A stretch of DNA of 64,000 nt from an uncultured delta proteobacterium (GCA_963845145.1 CAWJQU010000004.1:192001-256000); one strand, 5' to 3'. Positions 40,022-49,855 are shown, counted from the first letter of the stretch. The notes: generated from the sequence alone by a model not told the origin. Translations and numbers: made by a program.

Positions 40022-40185
40022 GGTGGCTTGTCAGGAAAATCTCGAACGAAATTATATTAGCCCGCTCGCCTTTTGTGAAAGATGCACGTGTTTATAATGA
40101 TATTTATTTAATGATATTATGTTGTTAAAAAATTATTGGCTATCTCGTGGAATTTTATTTCGAATGAACCATATTATTTTTGAAC

Positions 40186-40201
40186 TGGCACGAGAATTGT
40201 A
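40186..40201 (+). promoter_or_regulatory. Sigma54 (-24/-12) promoter
   Basis: TGGCACG-agaa-TTGTA with GG-N10-GT spacing. Confidence 0.7.
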
Positions 40202-40314
40202 TGTTGTCTCACTGGTATGAAACATGTATGATGCGTATTTAACGTAAAGCCCAATGTCCGACGTCGGTACAGATCGAATTGTCTTAACAATAACAATATT
40301 GAAACCCATTTGCC

Positions 40315-40551
40315 GTGCAACCCTGTGACCCATTGAAATCTTGTGACCAAAATATAAAAGCGACATTTCGGCTGGTTGAGCAGATGATCGCCCTGGCCAA
40401 TCAGGGCGATACCGATCGTGAAGATGCCGGCTGTGGTGTTCTTTACGGTGTATTGAGGGATGCAGCCTATCGGGTCAGAAAACTGGCTGAACAGGAAAAG
40501 CGATCCCATATTCGCAAAGGGTGGTGGAAGGAAGATTCCCACTCACACTAA
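40315..40551 (+). CDS. Small hypothetical protein heading the oxygen-defence cluster
   Basis: GDTDREDAGCGVLYGVLRDAAY..H..KGWW; ends just before the rbr SD. Confidence 0.65.
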   Translation: MQPCDPLKSCDQNIKATFRLVEQMIALANQGDTDREDAGCGVLYGVLRDAAYRVRKLAEQEKRSHIRKGWWKEDSHSH

Positions 40552-40579
40552 TATTAACCTATCTTACAAGGAGGAACCT

Positions 40580-41155
40580 ATGGGCAGTTTAAAAGGAAGT
40601 CAAACCGAAATAAATCTATTAACCGCGTTTGCCGGCGAGTCTCAAGCACGGAACCGTTACACCTATTTTTCGAAAAAAGCGCGCAAAGATGGTCTTGTTC
40701 AAATCGCTGATATTTTTGAAGAAACCGCCAACCAAGAAAAAGAGCACGCCAAACGGTTTTTTAAATTTCTTGAAGGTGGTGAAGTTGAGATTGTCGGCGC
40801 ATTTCCGGCCGGTGTCGTCGGTGACACGGTAGACAATTTAAAAGCTGCGGCCGCCGGGGAAAATGCCGAATGGACCGGCATCTACCCTGGTTTTGCTAAA
40901 GTCGCCAGAGATGAAGGTCAAGAAGCCGTGGGCATGGTATTTGACGCTATTTCTGTGGCTGAAAAGCAACATGAAAAACGATACCTGGATTTGGTGGGTA
41001 ATCTGATGGCCGACAAGGTGTTTAAGCGTGAAGAGAGCGTGGTATGGCGTTGTCGTAACTGTGGCTATCTGCATGAAGGTAACGAGGCTCCTGAGATGTG
41101 TCCGGCCTGCGCCCATCCCCAGGCCCACTTTGAGCTTCTTGGAGAAAACTGGTAA
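40580..41155 (+). CDS. rbr: Rubrerythrin
   Basis: AFAGESQARNRY, EKEHAK, EKQHE, CRNCGY, CPACAHP. Confidence 0.95.
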   Translation: MGSLKGSQTEINLLTAFAGESQARNRYTYFSKKARKDGLVQIADIFEETANQEKEHAKRFFKFLEGGEVEIVGAFPAGVVGDTVDNLKAAAAGENAEWTGIYPGFAKVARDEGQEAVGMVFDAISVAEKQHEKRYLDLVGNLMADKVFKREESVVWRCRNCGYLHEGNEAPEMCPACAHPQAHFELLGENW

Positions 41156-41192
41156 AAATTAAATTCACGCCCAATGAGAAGAGGAGAGAACC

Positions 41193-41567
41193 ATGGCTGA
41201 GAGGTTTGAGATTTATAAATGTGATTTATGTGGCAATATCGTTTCCGTACTGCATGGTGGCGCTGGTGAACTGGTCTGCTGTGGCCAGGCCATGACCAAG
41301 GTGACTGAAAATACGGTAGATGCCGCCAAAGAAAAACATGTACCTGTTATCGAAAAAGGCGATGGTACGGTCACCGTGAAGGTTGGCGATGTGGCCCACC
41401 CCATGGAAGATAAACACTATATTGAATGGATCGAAGTGATTGCCGACGGGAAATCCTATTACCAGTTTCTCAATCCCGGCGATACACCCGCAGCAACGTT
41501 TAATATTTCCGCGGGTGAGGTTACTGCCCGGGCTTATTGCAATCTACATGGGTTGTGGAAAGCCTAA
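41193..41567 (+). CDS. dfx: Desulfoferrodoxin (superoxide reductase)
   Basis: [31 protein letters not shown]. Confidence 0.95.
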   Translation: MAERFEIYKCDLCGNIVSVLHGGAGELVCCGQAMTKVTENTVDAAKEKHVPVIEKGDGTVTVKVGDVAHPMEDKHYIEWIEVIADGKSYYQFLNPGDTPAATFNISAGEVTARAYCNLHGLWKA

Positions 41568-41708
41568 CGATTTCAGCCTGAGATGCCCTGCGATTTTTAA
41601 TTGATCGATAGAGCCGGTCAGATATAGAATTTAGATGCAAAGGGCAGGTTGGTTGATAAATTATAAGCGTTATTGGATTCCTGAGACGCGATGGCAAGGA
41701 GGTTTCCC

Positions 41709-41870
41709 ATGCCGAACTGGAAGTGTGGAAAATGCGGTTATGAACTGACGGAAAATGCACCACCGGAGACATGTCCGTCGTGTAAAGAAAAATGTGAATT
41801 TCTGGATACGACCTGTTATACGCCGGATTGTGAGTTCGACGGGGCGGATCACCGAATCAAACCCAGATGA
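41709..41870 (+). CDS. Rubredoxin-like small protein (53 aa, not in the ORF track)
   Basis: AAGGAGG SD; MPNWKCGKCGY..PPETCPSCKEKCEFLDTTCYTPDC. Confidence 0.85.
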   Translation: MPNWKCGKCGYELTENAPPETCPSCKEKCEFLDTTCYTPDCEFDGADHRIKPR

Positions 41871-41937
41871 GTCATTTCAGTCGATCGACGGGCTGAATAG
41901 GTTGAAAGCAGATGGTTATATAACCATAAATAGTGAT

Positions 41938-42095
41938 AAGCGGTTTCAAAAAAGGTGGGGCTGGGTGCGATTGAAACGGACTTTTTAAATTAACCGAATG
42001 GAATTGTAGGATGATTCGGATGCTGACTTTTCAAGTCCAAGGTTAAAATCGGGTCAATATCGCGCCATGCATCTACCCCGAGTTTGAAACCGCTT
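41938..42095. repeat. MITE-like element with 13-bp terminal inverted repeats
   Basis: AAGCGGTTTCAAA / TTTGAAACCGCTT, with imperfect pairing further inward. Confidence 0.65.
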
Positions 42096-42121
42096 TCAGG
42101 ATTGAATAAGGGAGGATATCG

Positions 42122-42559
42122 ATGGCTAAAGTGCTGATCGTATTTGCTACAAGAACCGGTGAAACAGAAGAGATTGGGAATGTCGTTGCCGAAGGTCTAC
42201 GCCTCGCCGGTGCCGAAGTCTCCATGCGCAAAATCAGTGAAATTAACAATGAGTCTGAGGTAAATGGCTACGATGGCTACGTTTTTGGCGCCCCGACATA
42301 CCATGGTGACATGATTCAGGGGATGAAAACGTTTCTCTTCCTTGCCGAAAAAGCCGAGTTAGAAGGCAAGGTCGGGGCTGCCTTCGGTGCCTTTGGGTGG
42401 AGTGGCGAAGCGCCGGACCGGATTTTTGATACCATGAAAAATATTTATAAAATGGACATGGTCAGTGGTCCCCTGCGTCTGAAATCGACATCACTGGGCG
42501 GCGGGATTCAGATGGCCCAGGATTACGGGAAGGAGATTGCCACAAAGATTGGCGGTTGA
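42122..42559 (+). CDS. Flavodoxin domain protein
   Basis: ATRTGETE, GAPTYHG, AFGAFGWSGEA. Confidence 0.9.
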   Translation: MAKVLIVFATRTGETEEIGNVVAEGLRLAGAEVSMRKISEINNESEVNGYDGYVFGAPTYHGDMIQGMKTFLFLAEKAELEGKVGAAFGAFGWSGEAPDRIFDTMKNIYKMDMVSGPLRLKSTSLGGGIQMAQDYGKEIATKIGG

Positions 42560-42602
42560 TCTCATTTTTCATTTCTATTCTAATTAAACAAAAGGAGAGG
42601 AA

Positions 42603-42789
42603 AATGACAACACCACAACACTGCCCAGGTTTTCAACAGCATAAAAGTCTAAAGAGCTTTATGTGCAAATGCCCGGAATGTGGGGAGGAAAAAGAGGTCT
42701 TCTCCGATGAATTTGAAAAAGCGCATCTGTGTACCAAGTGTGGTAAAGAGATCGATTTTACCCAATGTAAATTGGATGCCGGAGTGTAA
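42603..42789 (+). CDS. Small Cys-rich zinc-ribbon-like protein
   Basis: HCPG, CKCPECG, FSDE, CTKCG; AAGGAGAGG SD. Confidence 0.75.
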
Positions 42790-42872
42790 GTTAATGGTGT
42801 TTTCCCGGATCGTTGTCGGGCACCGCCTTTAATAGAATTTTATAAGATCAAAATGAACTTAAGGGAGCTCCA

Positions 42873-44186
42873 ATGGATGTTGTGATGTTGTCGCGGCTTC
42901 AATTTGCCGCCGCCACCATGTTTCATTTCCTTTTTGTCCCTTTGACGCTGGGATTGTCCATAATCACGGCGGTGATGGAAACGAAATACGCTACCACCGG
43001 TGATGAGGTTTACCTGCGAATGACAAAGTTCTGGGGTAAGCTGTTTCTCATCAACTTTGCCGTCGGTATCGTGACCGGGATTACCCTGGAATTTCAGTTT
43101 GGGACAAACTGGTCGCGCTATTCTGCTTTCGTGGGGGATATCTTTGGATCGCTACTGGCCATTGAGGCCACCCTGGCGTTCTTTTTAGAATCGACCTTCA
43201 TCGGGGTGTGGATCTTCGGCTGGAAGAAATTGTCCGCCAAGGCCCATGCGACGGTCATGTGGCTGATTGCCGCGGCCAGTAATATTTCCGCTATCTGGAT
43301 TCTGACCGCCAACGGGTTTATGCAACACCCCGTGGGGTACACCCTTCGAAACGGGCGGGCCGAATTGACCGATTTTGCAGCCGTTTTGTTTAATAAATTT
43401 TCGATGTTGCAAATTATGCATATGTTCGGCGCGGCCATCCTACTGGCGGCATTTTTTGTTATGGGGGTCAGCGCTTATCACCTCTTGCGCAAACAGCACA
43501 TACGTGTTTTTGAAAAATCATTTCGCCTGGCTTTGGTGTTCGGCCTGGTTGCCTCGATTTTTACCGTCATTAATGGTGATTGGCACGCGGTCCATGTCAC
43601 CGAGACCCAACCGGCTAAATTGGCGGCGATGGAATCTCATTGGGAAACGACTACCCAGGCGCCTATTATTCTCTTTGCCATCCCGGACGAAGAGAATGAG
43701 CGCAATGCGGTCGAAATCGGCCGTCTGCCGGGAGCGTTGAGTTTTTTGGGACATCACGACTTTAATGCCGAGGTTACAGGTTTAAAAGATATCCCCAAAG
43801 ACGAACGACCGCCGGTTCTACCGACATTTATCTCATTTAGAACGATGGTGGCTCTGGGTACACTTTTTCCGCTGCTCATGATCATCGGCTGGATTAAACG
43901 AAAGAAGCTAATCGAAAGCCCGCTTTACTTGAAGGCCATGCTCTTCGCCATTCCCCTGCCCTACATCGCCATTCAAATGGGGTGGGTCCTGGCGGAAGTC
44001 GGCCGGCAGCCGTGGATCGTGTATGGGTTGATGAAAACAAAGGATGCTGCTTCGCCCATTGCCACTTCGCAGGTCGCCATGTCGTTGATTGCGTTTGTAT
44101 TGGTTTATAGCTTGCTCGGTATTGTCGGGTTTTACTTAATCATAAAAAACGCTAAAAAAGGCCCTGAACCGGAGGTTGCGGGATAG
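42873..44186 (+). CDS. cydA: Cytochrome bd oxidase subunit I
   Basis: SRLQFA..FHFLFVP, EFQFGTNW, QPAKLAAME, EVGRQPW. Confidence 0.96.
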   Translation: MDVVMLSRLQFAAATMFHFLFVPLTLGLSIITAVMETKYATTGDEVYLRMTKFWGKLFLINFAVGIVTGITLEFQFGTNWSRYSAFVGDIFGSLLAIEATLAFFLESTFIGVWIFGWKKLSAKAHATVMWLIAAASNISAIWILTANGFMQHPVGYTLRNGRAELTDFAAVLFNKFSMLQIMHMFGAAILLAAFFVMGVSAYHLLRKQHIRVFEKSFRLALVFGLVASIFTVINGDWHAVHVTETQPAKLAAMESHWETTTQAPIILFAIPDEENERNAVEIGRLPGALSFLGHHDFNAEVTGLKDIPKDERPPVLPTFISFRTMVALGTLFPLLMIIGWIKRKKLIESPLYLKAMLFAIPLPYIAIQMGWVLAEVGRQPWIVYGLMKTKDAASPIATSQVAMSLIAFVLVYSLLGIVGFYLIIKNAKKGPEPEVAG

Positions 44187-44263
44187 ACCGATTCTGCTTT
44201 TATAAGTAGGAAAGGCAACGGTTACTTGCTATTAAACGATAATCTAGCAAAGAGAGAGATACG

Positions 44264-45292
44264 ATGGATTTACAAGCGATCTGGTTTTTTTTGTGGGGAT
44301 TGTGCTGGGCGCTCTTTTTCATTACCGATGGCTTTGATTTTGGTATTGGAACGCTGTTGCCGTTTTTGGGCAAGGATGAAAATGACCGCCGGGTGATGAT
44401 CAATGCCATGGGGCCCCTTTGGGACGGCAATGAAGTGTGGCTGATCACCGCCGGTGGTGTAACTTTTGCCGCCTTTCCGATAGTCTATGCCGTGATGTTT
44501 TCATCTCTTTATACGGCCTTGATGTTGATTCTGTTTGCCTTGATTCTACGCGGGGTTTCATTTGAATTTCGTGGCCATGTGGACTCATTGGCCTGGAGAA
44601 AAGTATGGGATACCACTCTTTTCATCGGCAGCTTTGCTCCGGCGCTACTTTTCGGTGTGGCCTTTGCCAATATTTTTAAAGGCATCCCCATCGATGCCGA
44701 CGGCGTTTTTCAGGGCAACCTGTTTACGCTGCTCAATCCATACGGGTTGATGGGTGGTATTCTTTTTGTGGTGCTATTTTTGGTGCACGGCAGTCTCTGG
44801 TTGGCCATTAGAAGTGAAGGCGCGTTACACGCTAGAGTCGTGGGTCTGGTCAATAAGTTGTGGATAGCAGAAGTGATCGTGGCGGTTATTTTTCTGGCGG
44901 CAACATATGTGTTTACGCCGCTATATAATAATTATCTGGCTCATCCTGTCCTGTTCATTGTTTGCGTGATCACCGTTGGCGCCTTAATGGCGATTAAACT
45001 CTTTTTACAAAAGGCCGCTTACTTCAAAGCCTGGTTCGCATCGGCAGTGACCATCCTTGGGGTGACCTTTTTCGGCATTATCGGTCTGTTTCCCAATATG
45101 TTTCCGTCCAGTCTCGACCCGGCTTTCAGCCTGACAGCCCGCAACGCGTCATCCAGCCCGCTGACCTTGAAAATCATGCTGGCTGTGGTCGTGATGTTTC
45201 TGCCCATTGTCCTGGCTTATCAGATCTGGACGTATAATCTTTTCAAGGGGAAGATCAGTATAGAAGAACTGGCCGAAGAAGAAGCCCACTAG
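44264..45292 (+). CDS. cydB: Cytochrome bd oxidase subunit II
   Basis: DGFDFGIG, GPLWDGNEVWLI, ASSSPLTLKIM. Confidence 0.96.
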   Translation: MDLQAIWFFLWGLCWALFFITDGFDFGIGTLLPFLGKDENDRRVMINAMGPLWDGNEVWLITAGGVTFAAFPIVYAVMFSSLYTALMLILFALILRGVSFEFRGHVDSLAWRKVWDTTLFIGSFAPALLFGVAFANIFKGIPIDADGVFQGNLFTLLNPYGLMGGILFVVLFLVHGSLWLAIRSEGALHARVVGLVNKLWIAEVIVAVIFLAATYVFTPLYNNYLAHPVLFIVCVITVGALMAIKLFLQKAAYFKAWFASAVTILGVTFFGIIGLFPNMFPSSLDPAFSLTARNASSSPLTLKIMLAVVVMFLPIVLAYQIWTYNLFKGKISIEELAEEEAH

Positions 45293-45444
45293 TGCGCCAC
45301 TTGTAGTAAAAAGTTTTTGAGTGGGCGACTATGGGCATAAGCTATCATTAGCCGGTAAGGGGTTCATGCGTCTAACATCCGCCTGCTTTAAATTTGAGCG
45401 TTTATGGCTCATTTAATATTCTGACTTATATGGAGTCGTTGTTT

Positions 45445-45801
45445 ATGATGATATTACGAAGGTCGATTTTCGCTGCGATAAGCTTGGTGTTGGTTGTGAT
45501 CTTTTCAGTGGCGATTGTTGGGGCTATGAATCAGGGTGCCGCGGAAATAACCCTGGCCGGTGGCGAGCGTGGGGAAGTGTTGTTTCCGCATCACCAGCAT
45601 CAAAAAATGTTGGGCGATTGTAACCTCTGCCACGATCTATTCCCGCAGATCCCGGGGGGTATAGCGAAGCAAAAGGCTGAAGGGGCGCTGAAACAGAAAC
45701 AGGTGATGAACAAAAAATGTATCGCCTGCCACCGAAAAATGAAAAAAGCCGGCCAGGCGAGTGGGCCGGTTTCCTGCAAAAAATGCCATAAATCGAAATA
45801 A
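45445..45801 (+). CDS. Periplasmic triheme cytochrome c (c3/c7 family)
   Basis: Signal peptide, FPHHQH, three CxxCH motifs (CNLCH, CIACH, CKKCH). Confidence 0.85.
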   Translation: MMILRRSIFAAISLVLVVIFSVAIVGAMNQGAAEITLAGGERGEVLFPHHQHQKMLGDCNLCHDLFPQIPGGIAKQKAEGALKQKQVMNKKCIACHRKMKKAGQASGPVSCKKCHKSK

Positions 45802-45810
45802 GGTCGACAC

Positions 45811-46779
45811 ATGCTGGTTTTAGGTTTACAGGGTAGTCCCCGCAAAAAGGGCAATACACACTATTTATTGAACCGGTTTCTTGAAGAGTCTGCTAATCTT
45901 GGTGCGCGGACTATTATGGTGGATGCGGAAAAGCGGAATATTCTTCCCTGCCGGGAACTGACGGCTTGCGAACGCAAAGGCTTTTGCCCGATTAAAGACG
46001 ACATGAAAGATGAGGTCTACGCACTCATCCAGGAAGCTGATGTGATTGTCGCCGCCACACCGGTATTTTTCTATAATATGACCGCCCAGCTAAAAGCGTT
46101 GATTGATCGCTGTCAGTTGTTTTGGGCCCGAAAATATAGATTTAAACTCAAAGAGGCCGGTGTCGGGCAGCGGAAAGGCTTTCTCCTCAGTGTGGGCGCC
46201 AGCCGGGGCAAACAGCTTTTTGAGGCCATCGAACTGTCCATCAAATATTTTTTTGATGCCGTATCGGCCAGTTATGAGGGCGGCCTGACCTACCGGGGTG
46301 TGGAAAACGTCGGGGATATGGCGGCGCATGCAACGATGGAAAAAGATGTGCAACAGGCTGTTGGAAAACTGGTTAAGCCCCTGGTCAATCGTAAAAGGAT
46401 TCTGTTTGCCTGCCGGGAAAATGCCTGCCGCAGCCAGATGGCCGCGGCCTTTGCCCGTTATTTAGGTGGGGATAAAATTGATGCCATGAGTGCGGGAAGT
46501 CAGCCCGCAAAATCGGTGAATCCCGTTATGCAGGCAGTCATGGCCGAAAAGAAAATCGACCTTGCTTTTGCCCGAACCCGGTCACTTGAAGAGGCGATTT
46601 CGCAACACTCGCCGGAAATGATCGTGACAATGGGCTGCGGTGAAGCCTGCCCGGTCCTGCCTGGCGTAAAGGTAGAAGATTGGGAGTTGCCGAACCCGGC
46701 GGATCAACCTGAGCAAGTGATGCGAGATGTTCGAGAAGAAATAGAAGCGCGTGTTACGGAATTAATTAACCAAATTTAA
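45811..46779 (+). CDS. Iron-sulfur flavoprotein/FMN reductase fused to an ArsC/LMW-PTP domain
   Basis: GSPRKKGNT, ATPVFFY, LKALIDR; FACRENACRSQMA, MGCGEACP. Confidence 0.85.
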   Translation: MLVLGLQGSPRKKGNTHYLLNRFLEESANLGARTIMVDAEKRNILPCRELTACERKGFCPIKDDMKDEVYALIQEADVIVAATPVFFYNMTAQLKALIDRCQLFWARKYRFKLKEAGVGQRKGFLLSVGASRGKQLFEAIELSIKYFFDAVSASYEGGLTYRGVENVGDMAAHATMEKDVQQAVGKLVKPLVNRKRILFACRENACRSQMAAAFARYLGGDKIDAMSAGSQPAKSVNPVMQAVMAEKKIDLAFARTRSLEEAISQHSPEMIVTMGCGEACPVLPGVKVEDWELPNPADQPEQVMRDVREEIEARVTELINQI

Positions 46780-46808
46780 AACGCTAAAAAAAGCAAAGGA
46801 GGCAACAC

Positions 46809-46967
46809 ATGGACAAGTATGTTTGTACAATTTGTGGGTATGTTTACGATCCCGAACAGGGTGATTCCGATGCCAATATCGCGGCAGGTACGTCTTTTGA
46901 CGATCTTCCCGACGATTGGGAATGCCCGGTCTGTGGGGCCGGGAAGGAAGATTTCGAAAAAGAGTAA
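46809..46967 (+). CDS. rub: Rubredoxin (52 aa, not in the ORF track)
   Basis: [40 protein letters not shown]. Confidence 0.96.
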   Translation: MDKYVCTICGYVYDPEQGDSDANIAAGTSFDDLPDDWECPVCGAGKEDFEKE

Positions 46968-47099
46968 GTGTGACGCCAAATCATTTTGTTGTTTGGGTCT
47001 TGGCATGCCCTTTCAGGTGTCGGTAGTATTCGTCCGCTTGAAAGGGCATGTCTGATTGGTCTTAACGATATTTCAACATCTCACAAAGAAGAGGGAAAA

Positions 47100-48293
47100 A
47101 TGAAACCGGTAGAAATCGCCCCAGGTATATTTGAGGTGGGGGTTAATGACTGGAATATATCCGATTTTCATGGCTACTCGACGCCATTTGGATCTAGTTA
47201 CAACGCCTATCTGATAATTGACGAAAAGATTGCATTGATTGATGTGGTAAAGGATAAAGGACATTTCCCGGAAGAACTGCTAAATAATATTGCCCAGATC
47301 GTGGCGCCCGAAAAGATCGACATCATAATAAGTAATCATACTGAGATGGATCATACCGGAGGCCTCGATAAAGTATTACGGGCGGTTGGAGAGGATACCC
47401 CCATCGTCTGTTCAAAAATGGGTAAAAAAGGTTTATCAAATCATTTTCACCGGGATTGGAATTTTCAGGTCGTGGGAACCGGAGACGAGCTGAGCTTGGG
47501 TAAACGGACCCTGACGTTTCTGGAGACCCGTATGCTGCATTGGCCGGATAGCATGTATACCTATGTAAAAGAGGATAAAATTCTTTTCTCCAGCGACTCC
47601 TTTGGGCAGCATTATGCCGGTAATGAAAAATTCGATGATGTCATCGGTGATGCGATTATGCCCCACGCTAAAAAGTACTATGCCAATATTTTGATGCATT
47701 TTTCGCCACAAGTGCTCAAAATCGTTGATACGGTAACGAAAATGGGACTTGAATTCAACATGATATGCCCGGATCATGGGGTCATATGGCGAACGGACCC
47801 CCAAAAAATTATCGATGCGTATGTCCGCTGGGCAAACCAGGAGCGGGTTAAAAAAGCCGTGTTGGTCTATGACTCCATGTGGGAGAGTACCGAAGTCATG
47901 GCCAATGCCATTGCCTCCGGAATCAATGACAAAGGGGTTGAAGTGCGGCCCATGACACTTCGCAAATGGCATCGTAGTGATGTGATGGCGGAAATTTTGG
48001 ATGCTGGGGCGGTAATCGTGGGATCTCCGACATTAAACAACAATATTTTCCCCACGGTTGCAGATATGCTGATTTACATGAAAGGGTTGCGACCCCTAAA
48101 TAAGCTCGCGGCGGCCTTCGGTTCCTATGGCTGGAGCGGTGAGGCTGTGAAGCAGATTAATAAGGAATTCGAAGCCATGAAGCTCGAGATTATGGACCCG
48201 GGCCTGCGCATCCAGTTCGTACCCGATAATAAAGGCCTGGAAGAGTGTTATGTCTGGGGTCAAAAAATTGGAGATGCCATTATTGGTGAATAA
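47100..48293 (+). CDS. fprA: Flavodiiron protein (FprA / rubredoxin:oxygen oxidoreductase)
   Basis: SYNAYLI, NHTEMDH, LHWPDSM, DSFGQH, PDHG, FGSYGWSGE. Confidence 0.93.
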   Translation: MKPVEIAPGIFEVGVNDWNISDFHGYSTPFGSSYNAYLIIDEKIALIDVVKDKGHFPEELLNNIAQIVAPEKIDIIISNHTEMDHTGGLDKVLRAVGEDTPIVCSKMGKKGLSNHFHRDWNFQVVGTGDELSLGKRTLTFLETRMLHWPDSMYTYVKEDKILFSSDSFGQHYAGNEKFDDVIGDAIMPHAKKYYANILMHFSPQVLKIVDTVTKMGLEFNMICPDHGVIWRTDPQKIIDAYVRWANQERVKKAVLVYDSMWESTEVMANAIASGINDKGVEVRPMTLRKWHRSDVMAEILDAGAVIVGSPTLNNNIFPTVADMLIYMKGLRPLNKLAAAFGSYGWSGEAVKQINKEFEAMKLEIMDPGLRIQFVPDNKGLEECYVWGQKIGDAIIGE

Positions 48294-48368
48294 CATGGCG
48301 ATACGATTGCGGCGGTACATTGAAATCATGTACCGTCGTTTGACCTTTGTTTTGCTGGAGCCCAGCCA

Positions 48369-48560
48369 ATGAGAAGACCGGTTGTCGACATGGGCCCCTG
48401 TTCGCTATGTGAAAGCTGCGTGGCGGTCTGTCCGTCGGTTTTTTCCATCAGCGACGCAGGAATCGTCGAAATTGCCGAATTGGCGGTTTATCCCGAAGCG
48501 GACGTCGACGAGGCCATCAAATATTGTCCGGAAGATTGTATTTTCTGGGAAAACGATTAA
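48369..48560 (+). CDS. Single-cluster ferredoxin
   Basis: CSLCESCVAVCPSVF, CPEDCI. Confidence 0.88.
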   Translation: MRRPVVDMGPCSLCESCVAVCPSVFSISDAGIVEIAELAVYPEADVDEAIKYCPEDCIFWEND

Positions 48561-48574
48561 AAGCGGGTGGATCA

Positions 48575-48922
48575 ATGAAAAAAATGGCGCTATTTGTATT
48601 TAACGGCGACCCGATGTGTTTTATTCATGTGCTGCTAAATGCGTTGGATATGAACGATAAGGGCTATGAAGCTAAAATCATTGTGGAAGGAGCCGCCACC
48701 CAATTGATCCCCGAATTGTTCAAGCCGGACAATCCGCTTCATCCCCTTTGGAAAAAGGCCCTCAGCGCCGGCCTTGTGGCCGGTGTGTGCCAGGCCTGCG
48801 CCGGCAAAATGGAAACGCTTGATGCCACCAATAAAGCGGGAATCCCCCTGTTGGCCGACATCGCCGGCCATCCCGCTATGGCACGCTATCGGGATGATGG
48901 CTATGAGATTATCTCTTTTTAA
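48575..48922 (+). CDS. DsrE-like cytoplasmic protein
   Basis: FNGDPMCFIHVLLNALDM, EGAAT, VCQACA, GHP. Confidence 0.75.
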   Translation: MKKMALFVFNGDPMCFIHVLLNALDMNDKGYEAKIIVEGAATQLIPELFKPDNPLHPLWKKALSAGLVAGVCQACAGKMETLDATNKAGIPLLADIAGHPAMARYRDDGYEIISF

Positions 48923-48932
48923 AAGGTGATCC

Positions 48933-49604
48933 ATGCATGAACAGCGGCTCTCCGGTCGGCAATTGAAAGCCAAATTCCTGACCCTTTTTCAACAGGGTGG
49001 CTTCAGCCATGCCTTGGACGAAATTGGGCGTTTTCCCCACCGTCAAGCGGTAAATCCCCTTTTCTCCTTTTTCTACCATCAAGATGAAATGATCCGCTGG
49101 CGGGCCATTGTGGCCATGGGCGAGGTGGTCTCTCAATTGGCCGTAATCGACCTGGAATCAGCGCGGGTGGTTATGCGGCGACTGATGTGGAATTTAAACG
49201 ATGAATCCGGTGGTATCGGGTGGGGGTCTCCTGAAGCCATGGGGGAGATTTTGGCCCGCAGCCAACTGCTGGCCGATGAATTTGCGCACATTCTAGTATC
49301 GTACATTCGCGAAGATATGAACTATCTCGAACACGAAAAACTTCAGCAGGGTGTCCTTTGGGGGTTGGCGCGCCTGGCTGAAATACGGCCGAATTTAATA
49401 CGGTCCGCGGGTCCATATCTGGTTCCCTATATGAACGCATCGGATCCAATCAAGCGAGGTTTGGCGGCTAAAACCGCAGTGGCCATTGGCGTTAAAGCGG
49501 TACAGAAGGCACTTACCCGCTTGGTCGATGATTACACTCCGGTCCGTATCTTTATCACCGGCCAAATGGAGGAAACGACAGTGGCAGCTTTGGCTGTCCC
49601 GTAA
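48933..49604 (+). CDS. DVU0298 family HEAT-repeat protein
   Basis: ARVVMRRLMWNLNDESGGIGWGSPEAMGEI. Confidence 0.8.
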   Translation: MHEQRLSGRQLKAKFLTLFQQGGFSHALDEIGRFPHRQAVNPLFSFFYHQDEMIRWRAIVAMGEVVSQLAVIDLESARVVMRRLMWNLNDESGGIGWGSPEAMGEILARSQLLADEFAHILVSYIREDMNYLEHEKLQQGVLWGLARLAEIRPNLIRSAGPYLVPYMNASDPIKRGLAAKTAVAIGVKAVQKALTRLVDDYTPVRIFITGQMEETTVAALAVP

Positions 49605-49646
49605 AATTTTCTTGTGACCGACCGTCACATGACGATTCTAACTCGC

Positions 49647-49841
49647 TCAGGAAAATCCACTGGGCGCACTTGGGGCACACGCACTGCTACCCGAGCCGCC
49701 TAAAAAGCTGGCACAACTCATCAGCCGGGTGATCTTGCTTTCACCACACTCGGGACATTCACCGGGCGCGTCATTTTTAGTTAATACTAAATATTCAAAA
49801 GCATGGCAGCAGGCTTCACATTGGTATTCATATAACGGCAT
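49647..49841 (-). CDS. FmdB family zinc-ribbon protein
   Basis: MPLYEYQCEAC..FE..CPECG. Confidence 0.85.
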   Translation of the reverse strand: MPLYEYQCEACCHAFEYLVLTKNDAPGECPECGESKITRLMSCASFLGGSGSSACAPSAPSGFS

Positions 49842-49855
49842 AGTGATGACCTTTT

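Noticed and set aside
44210..44228. PerR-box-like GGCAA-cgg-TTACT between cydA and cydB
   Set aside because: Weak match in an implausible intra-operon position; likely chance.
46819..47055. 78-aa ORF from the track
   Set aside because: Out-of-frame overlap with the real rubredoxin gene at 46809-46967. Likewise, 41755-41988 overlaps the rubredoxin-like gene.
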